A stretch of 64,000 nucleotides of DNA from Bacillota bacterium (GTDB lineage Bacteria; Bacillota; Clostridia; Christensenellales; UMGS416). The DNA lies in NCBI GenBank assembly GCA_023398815.1, contig JAEWRW010000020.1, positions 130,474 through 194,473 on the forward strand, read 5' to 3'. The notes below the pieces were generated by a model. That model saw nothing but the letters and a program-made list of their open reading frames with translations, was not told the DNA's origin and did not search any database. Position numbers and translations under genes: made by a program. This document shows, piece by piece, positions 7,906-17,300 of the stretch (the first letter of the stretch is position 1; each line of letters begins with the position of its first letter).

Positions 7906-10245
7906 ATGAACCCCAAGCTGCGTGATGCGTTGGAGAAGAGTGGAACCCTGACCCGGCCCATGGAGGCTGACCTCAACGACGCCGGCGAGACCCGTTGGCT
8001 CATGAAACCCGTGCGGGAGAGCCGCCGGGTGCCGCTGGCGGCTGAGCCCGCGGCCCTGCGGCTGGAAGGCCCCGGCGTGCTCGATCTCTGCCGGGAGCGC
8101 ACGGTCTCCGGTGAGGGCAGCGCACGGGTTACCCTGCCCACGTCTTTGGCGGTCAAAAGCCCTGTCAACCGCGCCTATGGCAACAGCGTGGTGTGGCGTG
8201 CCCTGCCGGGGGAGGACTTGACCCGCTACAATCGCATTTCCCTGTGGGTCTACGCCGACGCGCCGGGATACCACGCCGTGTTCCTGTCGGTGAACCTGCA
8301 CAACGAGGGCGAGCACATCATGCCCCTCCCCGGGCGGTTCGAGGGCTCCCACTTCCCAGCGGTGGAGCCGGGGAGTTGGCAGCACCTGGTGTGGGAGATT
8401 CCCCACGTCTACCGCGACCGGGTGACGGCGCTCTCCTTCGGCGTGCTGCTGATGGGCAGCTTGCCCGAGTGTGCCGAGGAGATCTCCGTTTGCTACGACG
8501 ACCTGCGGCTGGAGGTCGTGGACGCCGAGAACGACCTGGGGTTTGACCTGCGCCAGGGGGCCATTGCCTATTGCCACAGCGGCTACCGGCACGGCACGGT
8601 CAAGCAGGCTTTGGTGCAGGGCTGCGACGCCAAAGGCTTCACCCTGCTAGACAGGGCAGGGCGGGAGGTGTATACCGCCCCGACCCAGGCGCTGGATGAC
8701 GGCTTCCGCCTGCTGGATTTCACCGCGTTCGACACCCCCGGCGGCTACACCCTGCGTGTGGGCAGCCAGCACTCGAAGCCCTTCCCTATCGGCGATGAGG
8801 CTTACCTTTCGGCGGCGTGGAAGAGCCTCAATTTCTTCTTTGCCGAGCGTTGCGGCTATGACGTGCCAGGCATCCATAGCGCCTGCCACAAGGACGCGAC
8901 CTGTGTGCACCCCGACGGGCGCAGGCTTAGCGTGGCAGGCGGCTGGCACGACGCCGCTGACGTGACCCAGGGCCTCACCAACACCGCCGAGTCGGCCTTC
9001 GCCATGCTGGAGATGGCCGAGGCACTGGGCGACCGGGAGCCGGCGCTGCACGCCCGCCTGCTGCAGGAGGCACGCTGGGGCCTGGGGTGGGTGATGGGCA
9101 CCCGCTTTGGCGATGGATACCGCCACGGCGGCATGGTCATGGGCATTTGGACGGCCAACCTGCTGGGCGACAAGGACGACATGACCGCAGAGGCACGCAA
9201 CCAGCCGCTGGAGAACTATATGGCGGCGGCCCTCTGCGCCCGGGCGGCACGGCTCTATGGAGATGACGCGGTGTTTGCGGCCTGGTGTTTGCGCTGTGCG
9301 CGGGAGGATTTTGGCTTTGCCGAGGCTGGCTTGGCCCAAGGCCGCAACAACGGAATAGAAGAGGTTGTGTTGCAGGCCCAGGCGGCGGTGGCCGCAGCCG
9401 AGCTCTTTGCCACGACGGGCGACGAGCATTACCTGGCCGTCGGCGCGGTTCACGCACGGGTTGTGCTGGCCTGCCAGCAGCAGAAGCCCCGGCAGGATTT
9501 CGCCCTGCCGCTCGCGGGCTTCTTCTTCGAGAGCCCGGCCAAGGCGCGCATACTGGCGTTCTTTCACCGGGGGTATGAGCACGCGCCGCTGCAGGCGCTG
9601 AGCCTGCTTTTCCAGGCGGCACCCGACCACCCCGATGCCGGGTTGTGGAGGCAGGGTCTGGCGCTCTATGGGCAGTACATCAAGGGCACCGCCGCGCTCA
9701 TCCCGCCCTACGGGCTGCTGCCGGCGGCGGTCTACGAGGTGGGCAACACCGATTACTCCGGCATTTACCAGGAGGGTGACCGCTCAGCGGGGGAGCCGAC
9801 GATGGAGGAGTACAACGCCGAAGTGCGAAACGGCATTCCCATGAACGACACCCACTTCCTGCGGCGGTTCCCGGTGGCCTACCAGTTCCGTGGGTTCCAT
9901 GGCACCCTCATGAGCAAGGCACGGGCAGCGTTCTTTGTGGATCGGGCGCTGGGCGACGCCGAGCTCCGGCGCATCGCCACCCGGCAGATGGAGTGGGTGC
10001 TGGGGTTCAACCCCTTCGCCCTGAGCTCCATGTATGGCGAGGGCTACGATTACCCGCCGCTCTACGTGGCCCTGCAACCCCAGCTTGTCGGGGCCGTGCC
10101 CGTGGGGTTTGAGACGTTTGAAAACCTCGACCAGCCCTACTTCCCCATGCAGAACTCCTGCACCTATAAGGAAATCTGGGTGCATACCACGGCACGCATG
10201 ATGGGTCTCATTGCTGACCTCATGGCCACGGAGGAGAGAACATGA
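7906..10245 (+). CDS. Glycoside hydrolase family 9-like protein, paralog A, no signal peptide
   Basis: The ATG at 7906 follows AGGAGG (7894-7899); the track start at 7798 is an over-extension. The GH9-type motif is AGGWHDAADVTQG, with DAAD in the place of DAGD. The C-terminal acid-region motif is TYKEIWVHTTA. It aligns along its whole length with the 13978-16320 product. Confidence 0.75.
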   Translation: MNPKLRDALEKSGTLTRPMEADLNDAGETRWLMKPVRESRRVPLAAEPAALRLEGPGVLDLCRERTVSGEGSARVTLPTSLAVKSPVNRAYGNSVVWRALPGEDLTRYNRISLWVYADAPGYHAVFLSVNLHNEGEHIMPLPGRFEGSHFPAVEPGSWQHLVWEIPHVYRDRVTALSFGVLLMGSLPECAEEISVCYDDLRLEVVDAENDLGFDLRQGAIAYCHSGYRHGTVKQALVQGCDAKGFTLLDRAGREVYTAPTQALDDGFRLLDFTAFDTPGGYTLRVGSQHSKPFPIGDEAYLSAAWKSLNFFFAERCGYDVPGIHSACHKDATCVHPDGRRLSVAGGWHDAADVTQGLTNTAESAFAMLEMAEALGDREPALHARLLQEARWGLGWVMGTRFGDGYRHGGMVMGIWTANLLGDKDDMTAEARNQPLENYMAAALCARAARLYGDDAVFAAWCLRCAREDFGFAEAGLAQGRNNGIEEVVLQAQAAVAAAELFATTGDEHYLAVGAVHARVVLACQQQKPRQDFALPLAGFFFESPAKARILAFFHRGYEHAPLQALSLLFQAAPDHPDAGLWRQGLALYGQYIKGTAALIPPYGLLPAAVYEVGNTDYSGIYQEGDRSAGEPTMEEYNAEVRNGIPMNDTHFLRRFPVAYQFRGFHGTLMSKARAAFFVDRALGDAELRRIATRQMEWVLGFNPFALSSMYGEGYDYPPLYVALQPQLVGAVPVGFETFENLDQPYFPMQNSCTYKEIWVHTTARMMGLIADLMATEERT

Positions 10246-10442
10246 ACCGCGCGGAGTATGGGAAACTGCTGGACGACGTTTGCCGGGAGCTGCAGGAGCC
10301 CGGCGGCAACTTCGCGGGGACCGACGGGGTGCCCCGCATGAGGCCAGAGGACATCCGTGCCATCGCCGCGGTGGCGTTGCTGGTTGCCGACCGCTACTAC
10401 TCCAACCTGACCAAACTGTTGGCCGAACGCAAGGACTTGTAG
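10242..10442 (+). CDS. Hypothetical 66-aa protein, translationally coupled to the GH9-like gene
   Basis: The ATG overlaps the upstream TGA (ATGA at 10242-10245). GGAGGAG lies 5 nt upstream, inside the end of the preceding gene. Codon usage matches the neighbours. I recognise no family motif. Confidence 0.5.
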   Translation: MNRAEYGKLLDDVCRELQEPGGNFAGTDGVPRMRPEDIRAIAAVALLVADRYYSNLTKLLAERKDL

Positions 10443-10452
10443 GAGGAAGCAC

Positions 10453-11214
10453 ATGACCCCGTACCAGGTCACGATGTTTGTCAGCCCCATGGGGCACGAC
10501 GTCAACCGTGTCAGTGCCCTCGTCAGCCGGTGGCTTGTGGAAACAGGCTTCTTCCGGGTGGAGATCGTGGGCGAGTGCCCTGCCGCCCGCCGGTCCATTG
10601 AGGACTTCATGGACGACCCAGCGGCGGTGGCTGCCACCGACCTCTTCTACATCGTCTGCCCCGATGACCACTGGGGAAACCCGACCCACCGCCGGGCCTT
10701 TGAGGAAACGGTGGCCGGCGGCACGCCGGTGTTCTTCTCCCACGGCATGCACCCGTGCTTTGGCGATTGGCCGGAGGCTGAACGGATGATCGGCCTCTTA
10801 TGGCGGGAAACAGCCAGCCACGGCGACTTTGACTTCTTCGACGTGCGGATGACCGAGGTCGATCACCCCATCACCCGGGACGTGGAGCCCTTCCGCACCA
10901 AGGAGGAACTGTTCTGCGGCCTCACGAACGTGTGGAACGTGCCGCTGACGGTGCTGGCTACCGCCCATTCGCCGGCGGAGCGTATCTCCCGCCATGGGCA
11001 GCCCGGCACCGGCCAGGATGAACCGGTACTGACGCTGGGGCGATACGGTAAGGCCCGCGTTGTTGACTTCCTGCTGGGTCATGTGTGGACACACTACACC
11101 GGCCACGGCTTGCTGGAGAACACACTGATTGCCTACGAGCCGCCGCAGGTGAAGACCTTACTGCTGCGGGGCTGCGAGTGGGCCATTACAGGGAATGTGG
11201 AGGTGTTTGCATGA
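10453..11214 (+). CDS. ThuA domain-containing protein (trehalose-utilisation ThuA-like fold)
   Basis: AGGAGG sits 5 nt upstream. ThuA-like blocks are present: FSHGMH, VDHPITRDVEPFRTKEELF and GKARVVDFLLGH. Confidence 0.7.
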   Translation: MTPYQVTMFVSPMGHDVNRVSALVSRWLVETGFFRVEIVGECPAARRSIEDFMDDPAAVAATDLFYIVCPDDHWGNPTHRRAFEETVAGGTPVFFSHGMHPCFGDWPEAERMIGLLWRETASHGDFDFFDVRMTEVDHPITRDVEPFRTKEELFCGLTNVWNVPLTVLATAHSPAERISRHGQPGTGQDEPVLTLGRYGKARVVDFLLGHVWTHYTGHGLLENTLIAYEPPQVKTLLLRGCEWAITGNVEVFA

Positions 11215-12011
11215 GCAAAATTACGGGAATGGCCCATGGGGCCATCAAGGTTGCCGATCTGGACGCCGCTGTTCGCTTCTGGGTGGATGGCATGGGCATG
11301 ACGCTGCGCCACCGCGCCGCCGACGCGGCCATTGTCGCCGCCACCGATGGCGTGCTGCTGGAGATCTTTGCCGGTGGCGAGGCCGTCACCAACCACAGCG
11401 GCTTCACCCACCTGTGCCTGACGACCCACGATGCCGACGCGGCCTTCGCCCGAGCGCTGGCCTGCGGGGCCACGGCCTCCCGTGGGGAGCCCTACGACCT
11501 CGGGAATCTGCGCATCGCCTTTGTCACCGCCCCCACCGGGGAGGAGGTCGAGTTCTGGTTCATCGCCCAGGAGGGTGGCCCCCGCCGGGAGCCAGTGGTG
11601 GGTCATCAGCACATCAAGGGCTTCGTCCACGCCGCGCTGACCGTGCCGGACCGTGCGGCCACCGTGCGCTTCTACGAGGGGCTGGGGATTCAGCCCAAGG
11701 TGGACTGGGGTTGGGGGTGCTCCATGAAGCTCGCGGACGGGCGGGAGTTGGAGCTCTTTGACGGCGGCGAGCCCTGCGACAATGGCAGCGGTATCATCCA
11801 CGTCTGCTTCTTTGCCGACGACGTGGATGCCACGCTGCGCCAGGCACTGGCACTGGGTGCCACACCCCACGGCGAGCCCGCCGAGTGGGCCAACATCCGC
11901 TACGCCTTCTTCCGTGGGCCTTCGGGGGAGCTGGTGGAGCTCATGGCCCTGCTGCCCGGGCAGGAGGCCAGTTTCTTCGGCACTGCCGCACCGCTGACTG
12001 AGGCGTTCTGA
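11211..12011 (+). CDS. VOC (glyoxalase/bleomycin-resistance/dioxygenase) family protein with two tandem domains
   Basis: The start ATG at 11211 overlaps the ThuA stop (ATGA); the track start at 11085 is an over-extension. Two VOC repeats are present: HGAIKVADLDAAVRFWVDGMGM and FVHAALTVPDRAATVRFYEGLGI. Confidence 0.75.
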   Translation: MSKITGMAHGAIKVADLDAAVRFWVDGMGMTLRHRAADAAIVAATDGVLLEIFAGGEAVTNHSGFTHLCLTTHDADAAFARALACGATASRGEPYDLGNLRIAFVTAPTGEEVEFWFIAQEGGPRREPVVGHQHIKGFVHAALTVPDRAATVRFYEGLGIQPKVDWGWGCSMKLADGRELELFDGGEPCDNGSGIIHVCFFADDVDATLRQALALGATPHGEPAEWANIRYAFFRGPSGELVELMALLPGQEASFFGTAAPLTEAF

Positions 12012-12013
12012 CG

Positions 12014-12043
12014 TTGACAGACGTCCGGCAGCGATGGTATTCT
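12014..12043 (+). promoter_or_regulatory. Promoter of the lacI-led second transcription unit
   Basis: TTGACA (12014-12019), an 18-nt spacer, then TATTCT (12038-12043). Confidence 0.45.
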
Positions 12044-12048
12044 AGACA

Positions 12049-12066
12049 TGTGTGGAACGTTACACA
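12049..12066. promoter_or_regulatory. LacI-family operator, copy 2 (autoregulatory position)
   Basis: TGTGTGGAACGTTACACA, identical to 7867-7884. It lies immediately downstream of the predicted -10 element. Confidence 0.6.
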
Positions 12067-12100
12067 TTGGGCGTTTCCGCAAGGAAGGAGGGAGTGCGCA

Positions 12101-13174
12101 TTGGCAACCATCAAGGACGTTGCCCAGCACGCCGGCGTTTCCAAGACGCTGGTATCCCGGTATCTGAACCAACAGAAGGGCGTCAGCCCGGAGGCTCAGG
12201 GCCGCATCCAGGCCGCCATTCAAGAGCTGCACTACCGGCCCAATGGCATCGCCCGGTCACTGGTGTTGCAGCGCACCCATACCATCGGCATCGTGGTGGA
12301 CGACCTGCGCGCCACGTTCCTCTTCCGCCTCATTGAGGGGTTGGAGAAGGGCGCCGAGGAGTTTGACCCCGACGAGAAGTACAATGTCATCTTCTGCAAC
12401 GCCAATGGCGACATGGCCCGTAAGGAGCGGCACATCCGGTTTCTCAGCCAGGGCCGGGTGGATGGCATCGTCATCTACGGTTCGTTGGTGCACGACGACG
12501 AGCTCATCCGCCGCCTGGCGGGGGAGAATTTCCCCTTCCTTCTCATTGAGAACGACATCGACGGCCTGGACGTCAACAAGATCGTCATTGATAACGTCGG
12601 CGGCGCGTACCAGGCCACGGAGCACCTCATCGGGTTGGGGCACCGTCGCATCGCCCACATCGGCGGCAACAAGGATTTGAAGATCACCCAGGATCGCGCC
12701 GACGGCTACCGCCAGGCACTCCAAGCCCACGGCATCCCCGTGGACGAGCGTTTGGTTCGCTTCCCGGATTTCTCCGACGCCGACGAGTGGATGCGGCGGG
12801 ACGACGGCCTCAGCCGCAACCTGTTCTTCGACCGCGGCTACCGGGAGATGGCTGCTCTCATGAAAGAAGGCTTGCCCGACGCTGTGTTCTTCGCCACCGA
12901 CCTGTCAGCCTACGGGGCCATGAGGGTCTTGGGCGAGCGCGGTCTCAGCGTGCCGGGGGACATTTCCTTTGTGGGCTTCGACGATGAGGTGGAGGCCAGC
13001 GGCAGCTTCAGCTGCCGGCCCATCACCACGGTTCGCCAGCCCTTGCGGCAAGCGGGGACGCTGGGCATACAGCGGCTCATCGCCGCCATCCGCAACCCCG
13101 ACGCGGCCAAGGAGCGTGTGCTGCTGCCCACCGAGCTCATCGTGCGGGACAGCACCCGCCCCGCCAAACGATAG
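12101..13174 (+). CDS. LacI family transcriptional regulator
   Basis: A TTG start at 12101 follows GGAGGGAG and gives the canonical N-terminus (M)ATIKDVAQHAGVSKTLVSRYLN, an HTH. A periplasmic-binding-protein-like sugar-binding core follows. The track start at 12014 would run through the operator. Confidence 0.85.
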   Translation: MATIKDVAQHAGVSKTLVSRYLNQQKGVSPEAQGRIQAAIQELHYRPNGIARSLVLQRTHTIGIVVDDLRATFLFRLIEGLEKGAEEFDPDEKYNVIFCNANGDMARKERHIRFLSQGRVDGIVIYGSLVHDDELIRRLAGENFPFLLIENDIDGLDVNKIVIDNVGGAYQATEHLIGLGHRRIAHIGGNKDLKITQDRADGYRQALQAHGIPVDERLVRFPDFSDADEWMRRDDGLSRNLFFDRGYREMAALMKEGLPDAVFFATDLSAYGAMRVLGERGLSVPGDISFVGFDDEVEASGSFSCRPITTVRQPLRQAGTLGIQRLIAAIRNPDAAKERVLLPTELIVRDSTRPAKR

Positions 13175-13185
13175 GAGGAACCGCC

Positions 13186-13956
13186 ATGGCTATCCCCATT
13201 TCCCTGGGCCTGTACACCGTCTATGATGACCTCTGCCGCGACATGCCGGATACCCTGCGCCGGGTGGCTGCCCTGGGGTATGACGGCGTGGAGTTCTATG
13301 GCGAGTTTGCCTGGCCGGCGGAAGACGTGCGCCGCGCCCTGGATGACGCCGGGCTCACACTGACCGGCTGGCACACCGAGTGGCGGCTGCTGCAGCCCGA
13401 TACCCTGTATGTCACCATGGCGTACCTGCGTGCGGTGGGCTGCCCGGTGGCCATCGTGCCCTGCCTGGGTGGCCAGTGGCACGTGGCCCACGGCCCGGGA
13501 GAGGAGTGCCGTGCCGTGTGGCAGGGCTACATTGCCCGCATGAACGAACTGGTTGGGTTGTTGGCCCCCCATGGCATCGCCCTGGGGTACCACAACCACG
13601 AGCACGAGTTTCAGCTGCGCTACGACGGTGAGACCGTGTTTGACCTGTTGTATGGGCAGCTCAACGGGGCCGTGGTGATGGAACTTGATACCGGCAACGC
13701 CATTGAGGGCGGCGGCGACCCGGCGGCGGTGCTGAGGCAGTACCACGGCCGCCCGACCCTGCTGCACTGCAAGCCTTGGTCGGTGGAGACGGGCTTTGAC
13801 GTGCGGCTGGGCGAGCCGGGCGACCGCAACGACTGGCCGGCCATCCTGGCGGCCTGCGGCCCGGCCTGCCGCGCCCTGGTGGTGGAGAATGAGGCCAAGG
13901 GCGACGGCTTTGCCAATGCGGCGGCCTGCCTGGCAGGCCTACGGCAGTACCGCTGA
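13186..13956 (+). CDS. Sugar phosphate isomerase/epimerase (xylose-isomerase-like TIM barrel)
   Basis: AGGAGG RBS. The N-terminus LGLYTVYDDLCRDMPDTLRRVAALGYDGVEF and the HNHEHEF metal-site block are typical of the AP_endonuc_2 fold. Confidence 0.8.
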   Translation: MAIPISLGLYTVYDDLCRDMPDTLRRVAALGYDGVEFYGEFAWPAEDVRRALDDAGLTLTGWHTEWRLLQPDTLYVTMAYLRAVGCPVAIVPCLGGQWHVAHGPGEECRAVWQGYIARMNELVGLLAPHGIALGYHNHEHEFQLRYDGETVFDLLYGQLNGAVVMELDTGNAIEGGGDPAAVLRQYHGRPTLLHCKPWSVETGFDVRLGEPGDRNDWPAILAACGPACRALVVENEAKGDGFANAAACLAGLRQYR

Positions 13957-13977
13957 CGACCAACGTAGGAGGGAACG

Positions 13978-16320
13978 ATGAGAGAGCGTTTTGAGAAAGA
14001 ACTGCGGGAGTCCGGCTATGTGCACATGCTGCTGAAGCCCGACCACACCCGTTCGGTGGAGGCGCGGCTGCTGCGAAAGCCGGTGGAGGCCAGCCGCCCG
14101 CTGTGGGACGGGCAGGACATCACCCGCTGGAGCAAGAGTGGCGTGGGGGACATCGAACTCCATGGCCGCGCCCTGCGGCTGGTAGCGCCGGCGCGGCTGG
14201 AACCGACCCTGCCCATGCCCCACTACACCGGGTTCAGCAGCGTCACCGCGGCTCTCGACTTGCCCGGTCAGGATTGGCAGGCCTACAACCGCGTCGTCTG
14301 CCGGGTACGACCCGCCTGCGACGGCTTCCACAAGCCGTTCCTGACGATCAACCTGCGTAACGATGGCCTGCGCAAGGTGCCCGACGAGTACCAGCGGGAG
14401 GGGTTCCACGTCATCAACCTAGAGAACGACCGCGACAACGAATGCGTGTGGGAGTTCCCGGACTTGCCCCGCGACAAGGTCGTGGAGCTGTCCTTTTCCC
14501 TCAATTGCCATGGCAATGAGCGCTTTGCCGCCGAGGACTTCGTCTTTGACGTCTTCGACATCCGCCTGGAGCGGGTGAGCGAGCCCGACGTGTCGCTGGG
14601 GTGGCAGGGCAACCGGGGCACCATCAGCCACTCCACCACCGGCTACTGGCTGCACGGGGCCAAGGTGGCCGTGGCACAGGGGGTATCCGGTTCCTTTGAA
14701 CTGCTGCGGGAGGAGGACGACACCGTCGTCTTCCGTGGCGAGGCTCGCCCGCTGGAGAATGAGAAGGGCAGCTTTGGCATCCTCGATTTCACCGCCTTTG
14801 CCACGCCGGGCCGCTACCGCCTGCGCCTGGGCGGCGTCACAACCGAAAGCTTTGCCATCGACGAGCGAGTGATGCAGGAGGCGGCCTGGAAGGTCGTCAA
14901 CTACCTGTATGCCGAGCGCTGCGGCTACCCGGTGGGCGGCGGGCACACCTCCTGCCACGGCGACATCACCGCCACCCACGATGGCAAAACCATCCCTTAC
15001 TGGGGTGGCTGGCACGACGCAGGCGACGTCTCTCAGCAGACGGTGCAGAGTGCCGAGGTGGTGCAGGCTCTGCTGGAGCTGGCCGGGGTCGTGGGTGATG
15101 ACACGGCCCTGCGGCGCCGCCTCATCGAGGAGGCCCGCTGGGGGTTGGATTTCGTGCTCAAGACTCGCTTCGGCGACGGCTACCGAGCCTTCAGCGTGGG
15201 TATGAGCCGGTGGACCGACGGCGTGTTCAACACCCACGACGACGAGCGTGCCCGGGTGCACAACCGGTCAATCGACAACATCCTGTGCGCCGGTGTGCAG
15301 GCCTGTGCCGCCCAAGCCCTGCGGGGGGAGGACCCGGAACTGGCCTGGGTGTGCCAGCGCACCGCGCGGGAGGATTTCGCCTTCGGTCTTGCGCGCTTTG
15401 GGGAGGTGGGCCTGGAGCCCGGCGAGGTCATGGAGCACACCCACAACGCCAGCCTGTCGCTCTTTTACGCGGCAGCCGCCTGGGCGGCGGCCCAGTTGCT
15501 GCGCGCCACCGGTGAGGATGGCTACACTGCCGAGGTGGAGCGGTGGATGGCACGCCTGCTGGCCTGCCAGGACAGGGGGGAAGCTGGGCTTGCGATTGAT
15601 GGATTCTTCTACCGCGATGAGAACAAAGGCACAATCGTCCACTTCAACCACCAGTCGCGGGAGCATCTCTTTGCCCAAGCGATGGCCGCGGCTTGCGAGG
15701 TGCTGACGACCCATCCTGCCCAACCCACGTGGCGGGCGGCGCTCGCCCACTACGGTGCGTACCTCAAGGCCCTGCATGCCCACGCCGCGCCCTATGGCAT
15801 GCTGCCCGCTGGCGTTCATGCCTTTGACGAAGCGGATGACGCTGACACCTTTGCCTTGCTCCATGTATACACGAACTACGAGGCCGAGCGGGAGCACTAT
15901 CAGGCCCAGCTCAGTAGCGGCGTGCCCCTGGGGTCGAAGCACTGCTTGCGGCACTTCCCGGTGTGGTTCTCCTTCCGCGGCAACACGGCGGTGATGCTGT
16001 CGGCGGGCAAGGCGGCTTCCATTGCCGGGCGGGCACTGGGGGACGAGGCACTTCTGGAGATGGCCCGTGACCAGCTCTACTGGGTGGCCGGTCGGAATCC
16101 CTTCGGCCAGTCCCTGATGTATGGAGAGGGAAGTAACTACGCCCAGCAGTACGCGGCCCTCTGCGGCGAGACCACCGGTGAGCTGCCGGTGGGCGTACAG
16201 ACCCACGCCGACGAGGACAGGCCCTATTGGCCCATGGCCAACAACGCGACCTACAAGGAAATCTGGACGACCACGGCCGGCCATTGGCTGCGGCTGGCGG
16301 CCGACCTGTACCAAGGCTGA
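13978..16320 (+). CDS. Glycoside hydrolase family 9-like protein, paralog B, no signal peptide
   Basis: AGGAGGG RBS. Canonical GH9 motif WGGWHDAGDVSQ and C-terminal TYKEIWTTTAG. Same length and architecture as paralog A. Confidence 0.75.
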   Translation: MRERFEKELRESGYVHMLLKPDHTRSVEARLLRKPVEASRPLWDGQDITRWSKSGVGDIELHGRALRLVAPARLEPTLPMPHYTGFSSVTAALDLPGQDWQAYNRVVCRVRPACDGFHKPFLTINLRNDGLRKVPDEYQREGFHVINLENDRDNECVWEFPDLPRDKVVELSFSLNCHGNERFAAEDFVFDVFDIRLERVSEPDVSLGWQGNRGTISHSTTGYWLHGAKVAVAQGVSGSFELLREEDDTVVFRGEARPLENEKGSFGILDFTAFATPGRYRLRLGGVTTESFAIDERVMQEAAWKVVNYLYAERCGYPVGGGHTSCHGDITATHDGKTIPYWGGWHDAGDVSQQTVQSAEVVQALLELAGVVGDDTALRRRLIEEARWGLDFVLKTRFGDGYRAFSVGMSRWTDGVFNTHDDERARVHNRSIDNILCAGVQACAAQALRGEDPELAWVCQRTAREDFAFGLARFGEVGLEPGEVMEHTHNASLSLFYAAAAWAAAQLLRATGEDGYTAEVERWMARLLACQDRGEAGLAIDGFFYRDENKGTIVHFNHQSREHLFAQAMAAACEVLTTHPAQPTWRAALAHYGAYLKALHAHAAPYGMLPAGVHAFDEADDADTFALLHVYTNYEAEREHYQAQLSSGVPLGSKHCLRHFPVWFSFRGNTAVMLSAGKAASIAGRALGDEALLEMARDQLYWVAGRNPFGQSLMYGEGSNYAQQYAALCGETTGELPVGVQTHADEDRPYWPMANNATYKEIWTTTAGHWLRLAADLYQG

Positions 16321-16332
16321 GGAGGGAAGAGC

Positions 16333-17283
16333 ATGTATTTCATCGGGGTGGATTCGGGCGGAACCAAGACTTCCTTTGTGCTGGCTGACGAGACCGGGCG
16401 GATCCTCGCGCGGCACCGCAGCGGCAGCGGCGGGTTCCTTTCCAACGGCATTGACAAGATCGAGGCTCTGCTGCGGGAGGGCGCGACGGCCCTCACCACA
16501 GCGGTGGGCATCACCATGGATGACGTGACGCACACGGCGCTGGGCTTCCCCGGCTACGGCGAGACCGACGACAGTGCTGCCGTGCTCGATGAGCTGTGCT
16601 CGTCCATCTTTGGCCGGGGCAAAACCTTTGTGGAGTGCGATTGCTACCTCGGCTGGGCCGGGTCGCTGGCGATGGAGCCGGGCATCAACATCATCGCCGG
16701 CACCGGGGCCAACTGCTACGGCGTCAACGCCGCCGGCGAGGCTGCCCGCGCCAGCGGCTGGGGTGCCTACTGTGACGAAGGTTCCTGCCGGTGGATTGGC
16801 GGGCGGCTGCTGCAGGCCTTTGCCAAGCAGGCCGACGGACGGGAGCCGCGCACCGCGCTCTACCACCTGTTCAGAGAGCGTGTGGGCATCGTGAACGACC
16901 TGCACTTCATTGGGCCGCTCAATCACGTCTATGGCCCTGACGGCTCCAAGACGGCGGACCTGCAGCGCATCCTCAAGGACATCCACGCTGCCGGCGACCC
17001 CGTGGCCGCGCAGATTTACAACGACGCCGCCCGTGAACTGTGGCAGGCCATCGCCACCGTGGCGTCGAAGCTTGGCATGACCGGCAGCGCCTTCCGGGTG
17101 TCCTACTCCGGCGGGCTCTTCCGCTCGGGTGCCTGTATCCTGGAGCCACTCACCGCCCTCGTTGAGGCCGGCGGCGGCACCCTCACGGCCCCACGGTTTG
17201 AGCCGGACCTGGGCGCGGTGCTCATCGCCATCCGCCAGGCCATCCCCACTTTGGATTGCACGACTTTCGCCTTTGACGAATGA
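16333..17283 (+). CDS. BadF/BadG/BcrA/BcrD-type ATPase, N-acetylglucosamine-kinase-like sugar kinase
   Basis: The N-terminal phosphate-1 motif is MYFIGVDSGGTKTSFVL, followed by GTGANCYG. The size of 316 aa fits the family. Confidence 0.8.
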   Translation: MYFIGVDSGGTKTSFVLADETGRILARHRSGSGGFLSNGIDKIEALLREGATALTTAVGITMDDVTHTALGFPGYGETDDSAAVLDELCSSIFGRGKTFVECDCYLGWAGSLAMEPGINIIAGTGANCYGVNAAGEAARASGWGAYCDEGSCRWIGGRLLQAFAKQADGREPRTALYHLFRERVGIVNDLHFIGPLNHVYGPDGSKTADLQRILKDIHAAGDPVAAQIYNDAARELWQAIATVASKLGMTGSAFRVSYSGGLFRSGACILEPLTALVEAGGGTLTAPRFEPDLGAVLIAIRQAIPTLDCTTFAFDE

Positions 17284-17300
17284 CAAGGAGGAACACACAC

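Noticed and set aside
15268-17298. 676-aa minus-strand ORF
   Set aside because: It runs antisense across the end of GH9-like paralog B and the whole kinase gene, including their intergenic RBS. The composition is Arg/Gly/Pro/Ala-rich. It is a shadow ORF.
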